A stretch of 64,000 nucleotides of DNA from an uncultured cyanobacterium (GTDB lineage Bacteria; Cyanobacteriota; Cyanobacteriia; Pseudanabaenales; Pseudanabaenaceae): NCBI GenBank assembly GCA_963703315.1, contig OY969811.1, forward strand, positions 2,336,001-2,400,000. Reading direction: 5' to 3'. Position numbers and translations under genes: made by a program. The notes below the pieces were generated by a model, which saw only the letters and a program-made list of their open reading frames with translations, was not told where the DNA came from and searched no databases. Below, one piece after another: positions 9,978 through 19,350 of the stretch; position 1 is the stretch's first letter; each line of letters starts with the position of its first letter.

Positions 9978-10757
9978 TTAACTCAGGCGAGTTAAGCCAA
10001 GGGGACAGCGATCGGGTTTACGGAATTCCCATTTGATTGCGCCGCCATCTCCTAACTCTGGCAGAGGTAAATCCTCAATCACTGGTGAAAGACGAATTAC
10101 AAAATCGGTATATTGCAAAGAATAAGCTTCTTCATAATACTTTTTGCGGCGATCGGGATCTTCTTCGATTTCACAGCCAATCCATGCGGGAACTGGTGTA
10201 TTAGGGCGAGTTCGTTCAAAATATTCCTTTAATGGCTCTGGCTCAATTCCCTCTGCAATCGTAAATAGATCGGAACCTGTGATTTGATCCCATGCGGTTG
10301 TGATATCGCTAGGAGGATAAGAATAGATTTCGACTTGATACTCCTTGGGTGGAACTGAGACATAGCATTCTAAACAATCGTCACTATTAGATATCTCCTT
10401 TGCGTCTTGGATTTCATCAAAATCATCATCACCAAGCACACCTGACACCACCATCTGTCCACAGGACAAATCTAGTCGCCATCGGACTCGCGCTACCCAT
10501 TCATCACGCTCTTGCTCGTTGAGGTCACCCATGACAACGCGGACATTGTAGCCATCATCCTGATAGAGATCCATTGCTAAAAAAGCTTTCTGTTTAAAGA
10601 TTGCTTCTTGTAATTTTTGGTTGTCATGATCCCAGATTAAGTTACAAAATCCTTCATAATCCTTGCTCACAAAATCCTTGGCGCCAACCCAAATCAAGCA
10701 GCCAGCTTCCCAAAATCCAAACTCAATGCGATCGCCTAAAGCCATAGGTTCAGCCAT
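9978..10757 (-). CDS. Hypothetical acidic protein
   Basis: 259-aa ORF with AGAGG RBS; no family recognised. Confidence 0.75.
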   Translation of the reverse strand: MAEPMALGDRIEFGFWEAGCLIWVGAKDFVSKDYEGFCNLIWDHDNQKLQEAIFKQKAFLAMDLYQDDGYNVRVVMGDLNEQERDEWVARVRWRLDLSCGQMVVSGVLGDDDFDEIQDAKEISNSDDCLECYVSVPPKEYQVEIYSYPPSDITTAWDQITGSDLFTIAEGIEPEPLKEYFERTRPNTPVPAWIGCEIEEDPDRRKKYYEEAYSLQYTDFVIRLSPVIEDLPLPELGDGGAIKWEFRKPDRCPLGLTRLS

Positions 10758-10836
10758 AAACCACCTCTTTAATGCATGGGCAAGTACTTCACATTATAAT
10801 CCAAAAGAGAGTGACGGCGCAGAGCGCCGTCACTCT

Positions 10837-11943
10837 CTAGCTATATCTATCGCTAATCATATTAGCCAAAGTCTGAGAATGTATAGATAGATTATGATTT
10901 TGATACCAATCATAAGCATTGTCAGCGATCGCTTGAGCAATATTTTCATTTAATGGTTGATCTGGCTTTGCGGGGAACCAATAGTGCTTGCCAGCTACAA
11001 GTCCATCACTCTCTTCCGTTATAGATTTAGTACCGACAACAATAGGTAACATTCCAGAAGCACAGTAATTAGCAAAAATACTTGATTTGGCTAAAAGATT
11101 CGCAGGATAATCGATCATGCCAGCGATACTATCTTGAAAAAGAGAAGATAGCACTGATACAGGTTGTTCCCCTAGTATCGATATAGGTGTACCATCAATT
11201 TCTGGCAATTGTAGAGACAAGGGCTTACCAATATCTAGGACTTCTTGTATATCTAAATTCCTAACTACTTGCAGAAGAGACTTAAAAGACTTTTGATAAA
11301 TAGCAACTCTCCTTCCATAAGTACCAAATATAATTAATCTTCTTTGGCGCTGTGACCAAGATTTTTTTTCTGCTAATTCATCAATAGTAGAGGCTATCGG
11401 CAAATTAATGATGGGACAATTTTGATCATTTGTTAATTTGGAGAGTAATCCTACTGTCTTATATTGACTAGTCCATCCATAATCACTTAATTTTGCTAAA
11501 CGAGTCGCCAAGTTCTGTTGTAATGGTGATAGCCAAAAAGAACTTTGCCAAGGTAGCCCAAAGGCATAAAGTTCGTGGAATAAAGTAATTAGCGATCGCT
11601 GCGAATATGCAGCTTTCCAACGCTGTAATCCATCGACTAACCAGATTGGACAACCTCGTTTGGCATAGCCATAGCCCACATAATGTAAAAGTACTACTGA
11701 GGGGCGATCGCCTGCTGATAGATTGGTTAATAAATTTGTTAGTTCTTTAGAATTACTATCTCTAACTTGATTAATAGAGAATCCTTCAATTTCTGCCCCC
11801 CCGTTCCATTGAGAATTACCCACTATAAAATGAGTGTGAATATTAAAGTCCTTACGCAATTGACGCGCCAAGCTGAGGGCATAATCACCAACACCATTAA
11901 TTGCTGGCGGCAGTTGAGGAACAATAGAGACTACATTCATCAT
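10837..11943 (-). CDS. Glycosyltransferase (GT-B, GT4-like)
   Basis: N-terminal PPAINGVGDY, LHYVGYGYAKRG, FHEL and KSSIFA motifs; TAATG overlap with the upstream gene. Confidence 0.8.
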   Translation of the reverse strand: MMNVVSIVPQLPPAINGVGDYALSLARQLRKDFNIHTHFIVGNSQWNGGAEIEGFSINQVRDSNSKELTNLLTNLSAGDRPSVVLLHYVGYGYAKRGCPIWLVDGLQRWKAAYSQRSLITLFHELYAFGLPWQSSFWLSPLQQNLATRLAKLSDYGWTSQYKTVGLLSKLTNDQNCPIINLPIASTIDELAEKKSWSQRQRRLIIFGTYGRRVAIYQKSFKSLLQVVRNLDIQEVLDIGKPLSLQLPEIDGTPISILGEQPVSVLSSLFQDSIAGMIDYPANLLAKSSIFANYCASGMLPIVVGTKSITEESDGLVAGKHYWFPAKPDQPLNENIAQAIADNAYDWYQNHNLSIHSQTLANMISDRYS

Positions 11944-13130
11944 TAACCCTGAATCGTCGTGAAATCTGACTCATTGTCAAAATCTCTGATATTTGATACA
12001 GAATAGTTAGGTATGGCGACTGAATGCTTAAGATTATGTAAAATTTCTTGCGCTTCAGGGGAATTGACCTGATTTAAAGCCCTCATAACGGCACTACGGA
12101 CTGAGCGATCGCGATCTTTAGTCGATTGTGAAAGATAAAACACCGCATCATGAGTACCAATTTCCCCTAATGCTAGGGCTGCATCACAACGCACGTAGGC
12201 ATAATCATCCTCTTTCAGTACTCTCGCTAGCAATGGCACAACCTCTTCCATCCCAATCTGTCCCAAAGTACGGGCGGCAACGCTGCGAGTATGGCTAGAG
12301 GGATTGTTCAGCATTTGAGCTACGGGAGAAATCGCGGGAACCCCAATATTTTTTAAAGCTTGGACTGCCTGAGACTGCACACTAATGTCATTGTCTGTGA
12401 GCAAATTGGCTAGAGAGTTAGCTGATAATGGCGATTTAATCTGTCCTAATGCCCAAGCTGCTTCAAACCGTACTGATTTACTATTACTCTCCAAAGCTTC
12501 AATTAAGGTCGTGACGGCTAGGGGTGAGCTAATTTGACCGAGAGAATGCGCTGCATGGACTTTAACCATATCATCGCTATGTTTGAGCGCCTCAACTAGG
12601 GGCGATACCGCAGGTAAACTTGCCCTTCCCAAGGCTTTCGCAACTGCGGCTTGGACTTGAATTGATGGATGACGTAATAGTTTCACCAACGCACTAATCG
12701 CATCAACACTACCAATCCAACTGAGGGCAGAGGCTGCTTGCCAATGAATTTGACGATGGGGATTTTTGGTGGCGGCGATGAGCGGGTTAATTGCTTGAGG
12801 CGATCGCAAATAGCCGAGGGCGATCGCTGCTTTTTTGGAGGTGGCAACTTCATCACTTTCGAGACGCTCTAGTAATGCGGGCAAGACATTTTCACGACAA
12901 CGAATTAGTTTTTGTAATGCTATAGAAAATTGATCAGACCGCGCCGCCGCATCAAATTCAGCCAAAATCGCTGACTCACCGCCCAACTCAGGTGCAGACA
13001 TGATATGGCGATCTTGAGGAATCGCATATCCTGGAGATACAGGAATCCGATAGTCCTCAAATTTTGGGGGAGAAAATTTAGAAGTGTTAGGGATTGGGGA
13101 TATCTCGGGTTGCGGTTCTTGTGCGGTCAT
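11943..13130 (-). CDS. HEAT/PBS-lyase repeat protein (start uncertain; ORF is open to 13193)
   Basis: Repeated VR..AA.ALG.I...A...L motifs. Confidence 0.88.
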   Translation of the reverse strand: MTAQEPQPEISPIPNTSKFSPPKFEDYRIPVSPGYAIPQDRHIMSAPELGGESAILAEFDAAARSDQFSIALQKLIRCRENVLPALLERLESDEVATSKKAAIALGYLRSPQAINPLIAATKNPHRQIHWQAASALSWIGSVDAISALVKLLRHPSIQVQAAVAKALGRASLPAVSPLVEALKHSDDMVKVHAAHSLGQISSPLAVTTLIEALESNSKSVRFEAAWALGQIKSPLSANSLANLLTDNDISVQSQAVQALKNIGVPAISPVAQMLNNPSSHTRSVAARTLGQIGMEEVVPLLARVLKEDDYAYVRCDAALALGEIGTHDAVFYLSQSTKDRDRSVRSAVMRALNQVNSPEAQEILHNLKHSVAIPNYSVSNIRDFDNESDFTTIQG

Positions 13131-13279
13131 AGTGGCTGTCCTATTAGCATTGATGCGTGGTTTAGTTCCCGTTACCCATTTACAGAAAATCAAGGTTTAG
13201 CTGTATTAACATTACATTTTACGAGAAGAGTTCGAGAAAAATTTTAAAACCTCTGAGCATTTATAATTATTAAGCTAAT

Positions 13280-13383
13280 TAAGTACCTCGGCATAATTAA
13301 AATCTAAATCTCGAACCTGTGTCGCACGCACAGCGTTCGCTATAGGTTTTGAGGTTTTATATCAAATCATGCCTACTTACTCA
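13280..13383. mobile_element. Degenerate MITE-like element, family B
   Basis: taagtacctcggcataattaaa ... imperfect core ... atgcctacttactca. Confidence 0.6.
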
Positions 13384-13479
13384 CTAAGCTAAAAAATTAT
13401 TAGTTTCGCAATCGCTATTAAGCCCAAGGATAAGTAAGTTATCTATATTCCCTATCCTCTTGGGACACACAGCCTATCT

Positions 13480-14472
13480 ATGAACCAACTCCTCAGTGCC
13501 TTTACTTTATTTTTGAGTCTCCTTGTAGAAGCCATACCATTTCTGTTGATGGGGGTGCTGTTATCAGGGGTTTTATTAATATTTGTGGATGAACGCAAGC
13601 TTATTGCTATTTTGCCCAAAAATCCCTTTTTAGGCGCATTAGCTGGCAGTTTGCTAGGTTTTATGTTTCCCGTCTGCGAATGCGGCAATGTGCCTGTAGC
13701 CAGACGATTAATTTCTCAGGGTGCGCCAATTTCAGTAGCTGTAAGTTTTTTGCTGGCTGCCCCCACGATTAATCCTGTGGTAATTTGGGCAACTTGGACA
13801 GCCTTTCGCGATCAGCCTGAAATCGCGGTATTACGAGTTGTGCTGTCATTTGCGATCGCCACAATTGTGGCGATGGTATTTAGCTCCCAAAAGGATTTAC
13901 GGGCAATTTTGCAGCCTAATATTGCGATCGCCTTACCTGCGCCCAAAGTCAAAGCAGGATCTGTTCCTATAGGTACATTTTTCTTAGGCGAAGATCGCAG
14001 TCAACCCTTGGATTTTGCAGGTTATGGGGCAGCAGTAAGTAATCAAGTTGTCACGAAATCTTTACCCGATCGCTTAAATCTATTGCTCGATAATACCCTC
14101 GCCGAAATGCGTGAATTAGGGGCAATTTTAGTCATGGGTAGTGCGATCGCTGCCATTATTCAAGTATGGGTTCCCCGCGATATTATTCTGGGTTTAGGAC
14201 AGGGACCCGTTAGCTCAATTGTGGCAATGATGACCTTGGCGGCGATCGTTTCGATCTGCTCGACGGTGGACGCATTTTTTGCCCTGTCCTTTGCCTCCAC
14301 TTTTACGGGTGGATCGTTGTTAGCCTTTCTAGTTTTTGGTCCCACGATCGATCTCAAAGCGATCGGCTTAATCTTAACGATTTTCAAAAAACGCGCAGTG
14401 ATCTATATGTTTTTACTCACCGCCCAGCTAACGTTTTTAAGCTGCCTATTCATCAATTTTCAGGTTCGTTAA
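13480..14472 (+). CDS. DUF318-type permease (ArsP/YcgR-like)
   Basis: EAIPFLL, FPVCECGNVP, APTINP, SICSTVDAF; multiple TM helices. Confidence 0.88.
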   Translation: MNQLLSAFTLFLSLLVEAIPFLLMGVLLSGVLLIFVDERKLIAILPKNPFLGALAGSLLGFMFPVCECGNVPVARRLISQGAPISVAVSFLLAAPTINPVVIWATWTAFRDQPEIAVLRVVLSFAIATIVAMVFSSQKDLRAILQPNIAIALPAPKVKAGSVPIGTFFLGEDRSQPLDFAGYGAAVSNQVVTKSLPDRLNLLLDNTLAEMRELGAILVMGSAIAAIIQVWVPRDIILGLGQGPVSSIVAMMTLAAIVSICSTVDAFFALSFASTFTGGSLLAFLVFGPTIDLKAIGLILTIFKKRAVIYMFLLTAQLTFLSCLFINFQVR

Positions 14473-14583
14473 ATCAAATTCCCCTTTCCTTTGCAAGGAG
14501 AGGGGTTAGGGGAGAGGTTTTTAGATCGGGTAGTATTAACAAGGGCAAAGTTGCCCTTGTCCCAAAAGTTATTAAATTAAAGG

Positions 14584-15654
14584 TTGTCTGTGTCCGTGAG
14601 CGAATCTGTACTCGAAACTATTTCCGTTGCGTCTATTCCCAATGAAGCTTTAGCCAGTCTTGATCTAACAGATTTTTCGCTTTCTTTGCCTGATCCCAAT
14701 GATGAAGGTTTAGCGGAAGGTCAATTTTTAGCGGAAGTCGATCAGGCTTGGCAGGTGTGCGATCGCTTCGATTTGCAGACAGATATTTGGCGCGGTAGAA
14801 TTTTGCGAACTGTACGCGATCGCGAAAAAGCGAATGGAGAAGGGCGCGGCACAGGATTTTTAAAATGGCTGCAAGAGCGTGAAATCAGCAAGTCTCAGGC
14901 TTATTCATGGATTCAACTAGCTAATAGTGCCGATACCTTAATGGCAGATGGTCAGCTCGATGCCGATGATATCCGTCAATTTAGTAAGCGAGCTTTTTTG
15001 GAAACTGCTCAAGCTTCATCGGAAGTACAGCAGTTGATTGTCGATGCGGCGCGAAATGGCGAAAAGATTACCCGTCGTGAAGTTCGGCAACTTTCCGATG
15101 AATGGACATCCATGAGTTCTGATCATCTTCCCGATGAGTTAAAAGAAAAAATTGCCGCCCACACAATTCCCACTCGCTATGTCGCCCCATTAGTACGCGA
15201 AATCGATAAATTGCCAGAAGCCTATCAAACTCCACTAAAACAGGCGATCGCAGATGGTTCTGATTTGGATAACATTAAACTTGTCACGGCTGATGCTCAA
15301 AGGTTGACTAAATATCTGACTAATACGAGTCAAGTACAGGCGATCTCTAACCGTTCCGTTAATATTGATCTCGCGCTCGAAGAAGCTCTAAGATTGGGAT
15401 GTCTCAAACTCGCCTCGGATCTGGTTAGCCAAGCCTCACAACTCGAACAGGCGATCGCTAAGCTGTACAGCACATGGAAGCGTGTCTCGACATCAGCCGA
15501 TCAGTTATATGTAGAAGCTGGTGCAAGTACACCCAATTTACTTGATTTACTTAATTCCCTTGATTCCCTAGCTAGTCAAAATGTCGCGGTACAGATTGGG
15601 AATGATCGCTCAGGACGGACAATTCGCTTACAAATTACTGAAGAAGATCAATAG
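14584..15654 (+). CDS. Conserved cyanobacterial hypothetical protein
   Basis: 356-aa ORF; AWQVCDRFDLQTDIWRGRIL and GFLKWL..REISKSQAY segments; start uncertain. Confidence 0.8.
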   Translation: MSVSVSESVLETISVASIPNEALASLDLTDFSLSLPDPNDEGLAEGQFLAEVDQAWQVCDRFDLQTDIWRGRILRTVRDREKANGEGRGTGFLKWLQEREISKSQAYSWIQLANSADTLMADGQLDADDIRQFSKRAFLETAQASSEVQQLIVDAARNGEKITRREVRQLSDEWTSMSSDHLPDELKEKIAAHTIPTRYVAPLVREIDKLPEAYQTPLKQAIADGSDLDNIKLVTADAQRLTKYLTNTSQVQAISNRSVNIDLALEEALRLGCLKLASDLVSQASQLEQAIAKLYSTWKRVSTSADQLYVEAGASTPNLLDLLNSLDSLASQNVAVQIGNDRSGRTIRLQITEEDQ

Positions 15655-15729
15655 ATTTGATTCTCAAATAGATACCCCCTCAACCCTAGCCCCTCTCCCG
15701 CAGGAGAGGGGGAACAAGAAAAAACAGAT

Positions 15730-17958
15730 ATGTCAAACAGTGATTCTTTACAGCAAGCGCTAAAGCAGTACTTTGGTTACGAATCCTTTCGGGCAGGTCA
15801 GCGCGAGATCATCGAAGCAAGTCTAGCAGGGCGCGATACTCTAGCGATTATGCCCACAGGTGGCGGTAAATCAATTTGTTTTCAATTGCCTGCTTTACTG
15901 AAAACTGGAGTAACGATTGTCGTATCACCTTTGATTGCTTTAATGCAAGATCAAGTTACAGCACTCAAAGAAAATGGAATTGGCGCGACATTTCTCAATA
16001 GTACTTTATCAGGAAGAGAAACTAATCAGCGATCGCAAGCAATTCTCAATGGAGCGATTAAATTAATTTATGTAGCTCCTGAACGTCTATTTGCGGAACA
16101 GTTTCTGGAATTTCTGAATATTATTAAAAATAAAATTGGGATTGCGGGATTTGCGATCGATGAAGCCCATTGCGTTTCGGAATGGGGACATGATTTTCGT
16201 CCAGAATATCGCCAACTCAGTCGGATTCGGCAAATATTTCCTGATGTACCGATGATTGGCTTGACGGCGACAGCAACTGAGCGGGTACGTGAAGATATAA
16301 GTCAACAACTAGAACTAAAAAATCCCTATATTCATGTAGCTAGTTTCAATCGCAATAATCTCTATTACGAAGTTGTTCCCAAGCAAGGTACTGAGCAAAC
16401 CTATGTAAACCTCTTACGTCAAATCAAGCGTCTACAAGGCTCAGGGATAGTCTATTGTCTCAGCCGTAAGCGTGTTGATGAGATAGCCAGTCGCCTCCAA
16501 GAAGATGGTATCGAAGCAATTCCCTATCATGCAGGACTGGGAAATAAAGAACGGGAAGAGAACCAAACTCGATGGATTCGCGATGATGTACAGGTAATGG
16601 TCGCAACTGTTGCCTTTGGCATGGGAATTAATAAACCTGATGTAAGGTTTGTCATCCATTACGATTTACCGCGCAATATTGAAGGCTATTATCAAGAGTC
16701 GGGACGGGCAGGACGTGATGGCGAAGATTCCCACTGTACTTTGTTCTTGGGCTATCAAGATTTAGAAACCATCAAATATCTCATCGCTCAAAAAGTCGAT
16801 CCGCATACCAATGAGCCATTAGAAGCAGAGCAACGCATCGCGCAACAGCAATTACGTCAAGTGGTTGACTATGCCGAAGGTTTAGCCTGTCGCCGCACAA
16901 TTCTCCTGCGATATTTTGGCGAACATTTTCATGGAGATTGTGCCAATTGTGATAATTGCCTCACGCCGAAGCCAATGGAAGATTGGACGGTGGAATCTCA
17001 GAAATTTCTGTCCTGTGTAGCAAGAACCAAAGAAAGATTTGGCGCAGGGCATATCATTGATGTTTTGAGAGGTTCACGCAAAGAAAAAGTATTACAACAT
17101 GGACATGAGCATCTCTCGACCTATGGCATCGGCAAAGATCGCAGTCTTGATGAATGGCGGCAACTTTCGCGATCGCTCATTCATCAAGGCTACTTAACTC
17201 AAACCACCGATGGTTATGCGATTCTCAAGCTCAATGATCGCAGTTGGGAAGTGATGCGCGGTCAGCGTAATGTGCTATTACCGATAGAACGCGGTACTGA
17301 ATCTGTAGCCGTTAGCGATCGCGAAGACGTAAAAGAAAGACCCGTTGATGTGGATATTCTCTTCGAGAGATTACGACTACTCCGCAAGAATCTGGCTGAT
17401 GAGCAGGAAGTCCCGCCCTATGTGATTTTTAGTAATGCGACGCTCAATCAAATGGCAGAACAGCAACCAACAGATCGCAAAGATTTTGCTAAATTGTCGG
17501 GCGTTGGTGCGAAGAAACTAGAACAATATGCCGATGATTTCATTGCGATTATTCTCGAACATCATCTCAAATATCCCCCTGCGGAAACTACTGAATTAAC
17601 GAACTCTAGAGTAAAACAGGAATCAGTCACACCAAAATCAAAACTATCCAAAGCAAGTACTCAGCGTGAAACTCTCGCCATGTATGAGAATGGTCTAGAT
17701 ATCGATGAAATCGCCCGCGATCGCGGACTTAAACCCGCAACAGTCTGGACACATCTCGTTCAGTTACTTGAAGCTGGCTATGCAATCAACTGCGATCGCC
17801 TTGTGCCACCAGAGCGTCAAACTGTAATTTATGAAGCACTAGAAGCGATCGGTGGTGATTCCCTTCGCAATCTCTTTGATCACCTGCGCGAAGAATATAC
17901 CTACGATGAGATTAAGATCGTTCGTGCCATCTGGCAGAATGAAAAAGAGCCGCTATAA
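15730..17958 (+). CDS. recQ: ATP-dependent DNA helicase RecQ
   Basis: MPTGGGKS, DEAHCVSEWGHDFRP, QESGRAGRDG, Zn-binding cysteines, RQC and HRDC domains. Confidence 0.97.
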   Translation: MSNSDSLQQALKQYFGYESFRAGQREIIEASLAGRDTLAIMPTGGGKSICFQLPALLKTGVTIVVSPLIALMQDQVTALKENGIGATFLNSTLSGRETNQRSQAILNGAIKLIYVAPERLFAEQFLEFLNIIKNKIGIAGFAIDEAHCVSEWGHDFRPEYRQLSRIRQIFPDVPMIGLTATATERVREDISQQLELKNPYIHVASFNRNNLYYEVVPKQGTEQTYVNLLRQIKRLQGSGIVYCLSRKRVDEIASRLQEDGIEAIPYHAGLGNKEREENQTRWIRDDVQVMVATVAFGMGINKPDVRFVIHYDLPRNIEGYYQESGRAGRDGEDSHCTLFLGYQDLETIKYLIAQKVDPHTNEPLEAEQRIAQQQLRQVVDYAEGLACRRTILLRYFGEHFHGDCANCDNCLTPKPMEDWTVESQKFLSCVARTKERFGAGHIIDVLRGSRKEKVLQHGHEHLSTYGIGKDRSLDEWRQLSRSLIHQGYLTQTTDGYAILKLNDRSWEVMRGQRNVLLPIERGTESVAVSDREDVKERPVDVDILFERLRLLRKNLADEQEVPPYVIFSNATLNQMAEQQPTDRKDFAKLSGVGAKKLEQYADDFIAIILEHHLKYPPAETTELTNSRVKQESVTPKSKLSKASTQRETLAMYENGLDIDEIARDRGLKPATVWTHLVQLLEAGYAINCDRLVPPERQTVIYEALEAIGGDSLRNLFDHLREEYTYDEIKIVRAIWQNEKEPL

Positions 17959-17989
17959 TCAAGTTAGAACAAATCTGTTATAAAAAACT

Positions 17990-18427
17990 ATGCTTGTTAA
18001 TTCTAAAACAGATAAGCTGTATGATCGCGATTTCTCAGAATGGGCAGAAATGACAGCTCAGTTGCTTGAGAAAAAGCGTTTTGATGAAGTAGATTTAGAA
18101 AACTTGGTGGAAGAGGTTCGGGCTTTGAGTCGCAGTGATAAACGAGAAATTCGTAGTCGGTTGATTAAGTTACTTTCCCATTTACTCAAATATGACTACC
18201 AGCCACAGAAAAGAACTGATAGCTGGATATACACAATTACTGAACAACGGCGACAGATTTTACTTATTTTTGAAGATAGTCCTAGCTTGCAAAACTACTA
18301 CACTGAGATTTTCGATTCTTGCTATGACAAGGCGCGAATCGAAGCATCCCAAGAGACAAAATTAGATATTGATACTTTTCCTAGAACTTGTCCATTTGAA
18401 AAACATAATGTTCTACACCCAAATTAA
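17990..18427 (+). CDS. DUF29 family protein
   Basis: LYDRDF..W, D.ENL.EE, HLLK..YQP, FP..CPF. Confidence 0.92.
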   Translation: MLVNSKTDKLYDRDFSEWAEMTAQLLEKKRFDEVDLENLVEEVRALSRSDKREIRSRLIKLLSHLLKYDYQPQKRTDSWIYTITEQRRQILLIFEDSPSLQNYYTEIFDSCYDKARIEASQETKLDIDTFPRTCPFEKHNVLHPN

Positions 18428-18430
18428 GTA

Positions 18431-19273
18431 ATGGAAAACCTGCAAAAGCGATTAGTTCAACATCTAGAAAAAATTGTCATCGAGCGTAATCCTTATTATG
18501 CCTCGGCTGGACATTTATTTGCTCGTGAATATATCCGATCGCATTTTGCCAAATTTGGTGAAGTGATCACCCATGAGTTTGAAGTTAATGGCAATAAGCA
18601 TCAAAACTTGATTCTGCAAATTGCGGCTAAAGATGGGAAACAGAGATCGCCGATAATTATTGGCGCACATTACGACACAGTTCCTGCTTGCGTGGGTGCA
18701 GATGATAATGGCTCAGGAGTTGCGGTACTTTTAGAATTAGCTGAATATCTATCTGCACATCCGACTAAATATCCGATTCAATTAGTTGCCTTTGATATGG
18801 AGGAATATGGATTGTCGGGAAGTCATGCGTATGCGAATAAGCTCAAAAATGAAAAGCAAAAATTACGCTTAATGATTTCCTTGGAGATGTTGGGATATTG
18901 CGATCGCACTCCCAATTCACAACATTATCCCGCAGGATTAGACAAGTTCTATCCTAATACAGGTGACTTTATTGGCTTGATTGGCAGTATCCCCACGATT
19001 CCCGATCTGATCCACTTGCAACATCACATGAAATCTGTGGTTCCTTGTGAGTGGCTTCCCGCAGGTTGGCGAGGTTTAGCAATCCCTGATACTCGCCGCA
19101 GCGATCACGCACCATTTTGGGATGCTGGCTACAAAGCCTTAATGGTTACCGATACCGCGAATATGCGAAATCCGCATTATCACAAAAGTAGCGATCGCTT
19201 AGAGACTCTTGATTTAGAATTTCTCACCAACGTCTGTCAAGGTCTTATGGGAGGTATAACCGCCCTAAATTAA
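18431..19273 (+). CDS. M28 family peptidase
   Basis: GAHYD, GADDNGSG, FDMEEYG, RSDHAPF, NPHYH. Confidence 0.92.
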   Translation: MENLQKRLVQHLEKIVIERNPYYASAGHLFAREYIRSHFAKFGEVITHEFEVNGNKHQNLILQIAAKDGKQRSPIIIGAHYDTVPACVGADDNGSGVAVLLELAEYLSAHPTKYPIQLVAFDMEEYGLSGSHAYANKLKNEKQKLRLMISLEMLGYCDRTPNSQHYPAGLDKFYPNTGDFIGLIGSIPTIPDLIHLQHHMKSVVPCEWLPAGWRGLAIPDTRRSDHAPFWDAGYKALMVTDTANMRNPHYHKSSDRLETLDLEFLTNVCQGLMGGITALN

Positions 19274-19350
19274 CGAAGCAGCCACACTAAGAGCCGACTC
19301 TAGGTTGATATATAATTAATGTAGTTATTTACAAATCTTAAAGATTATTT

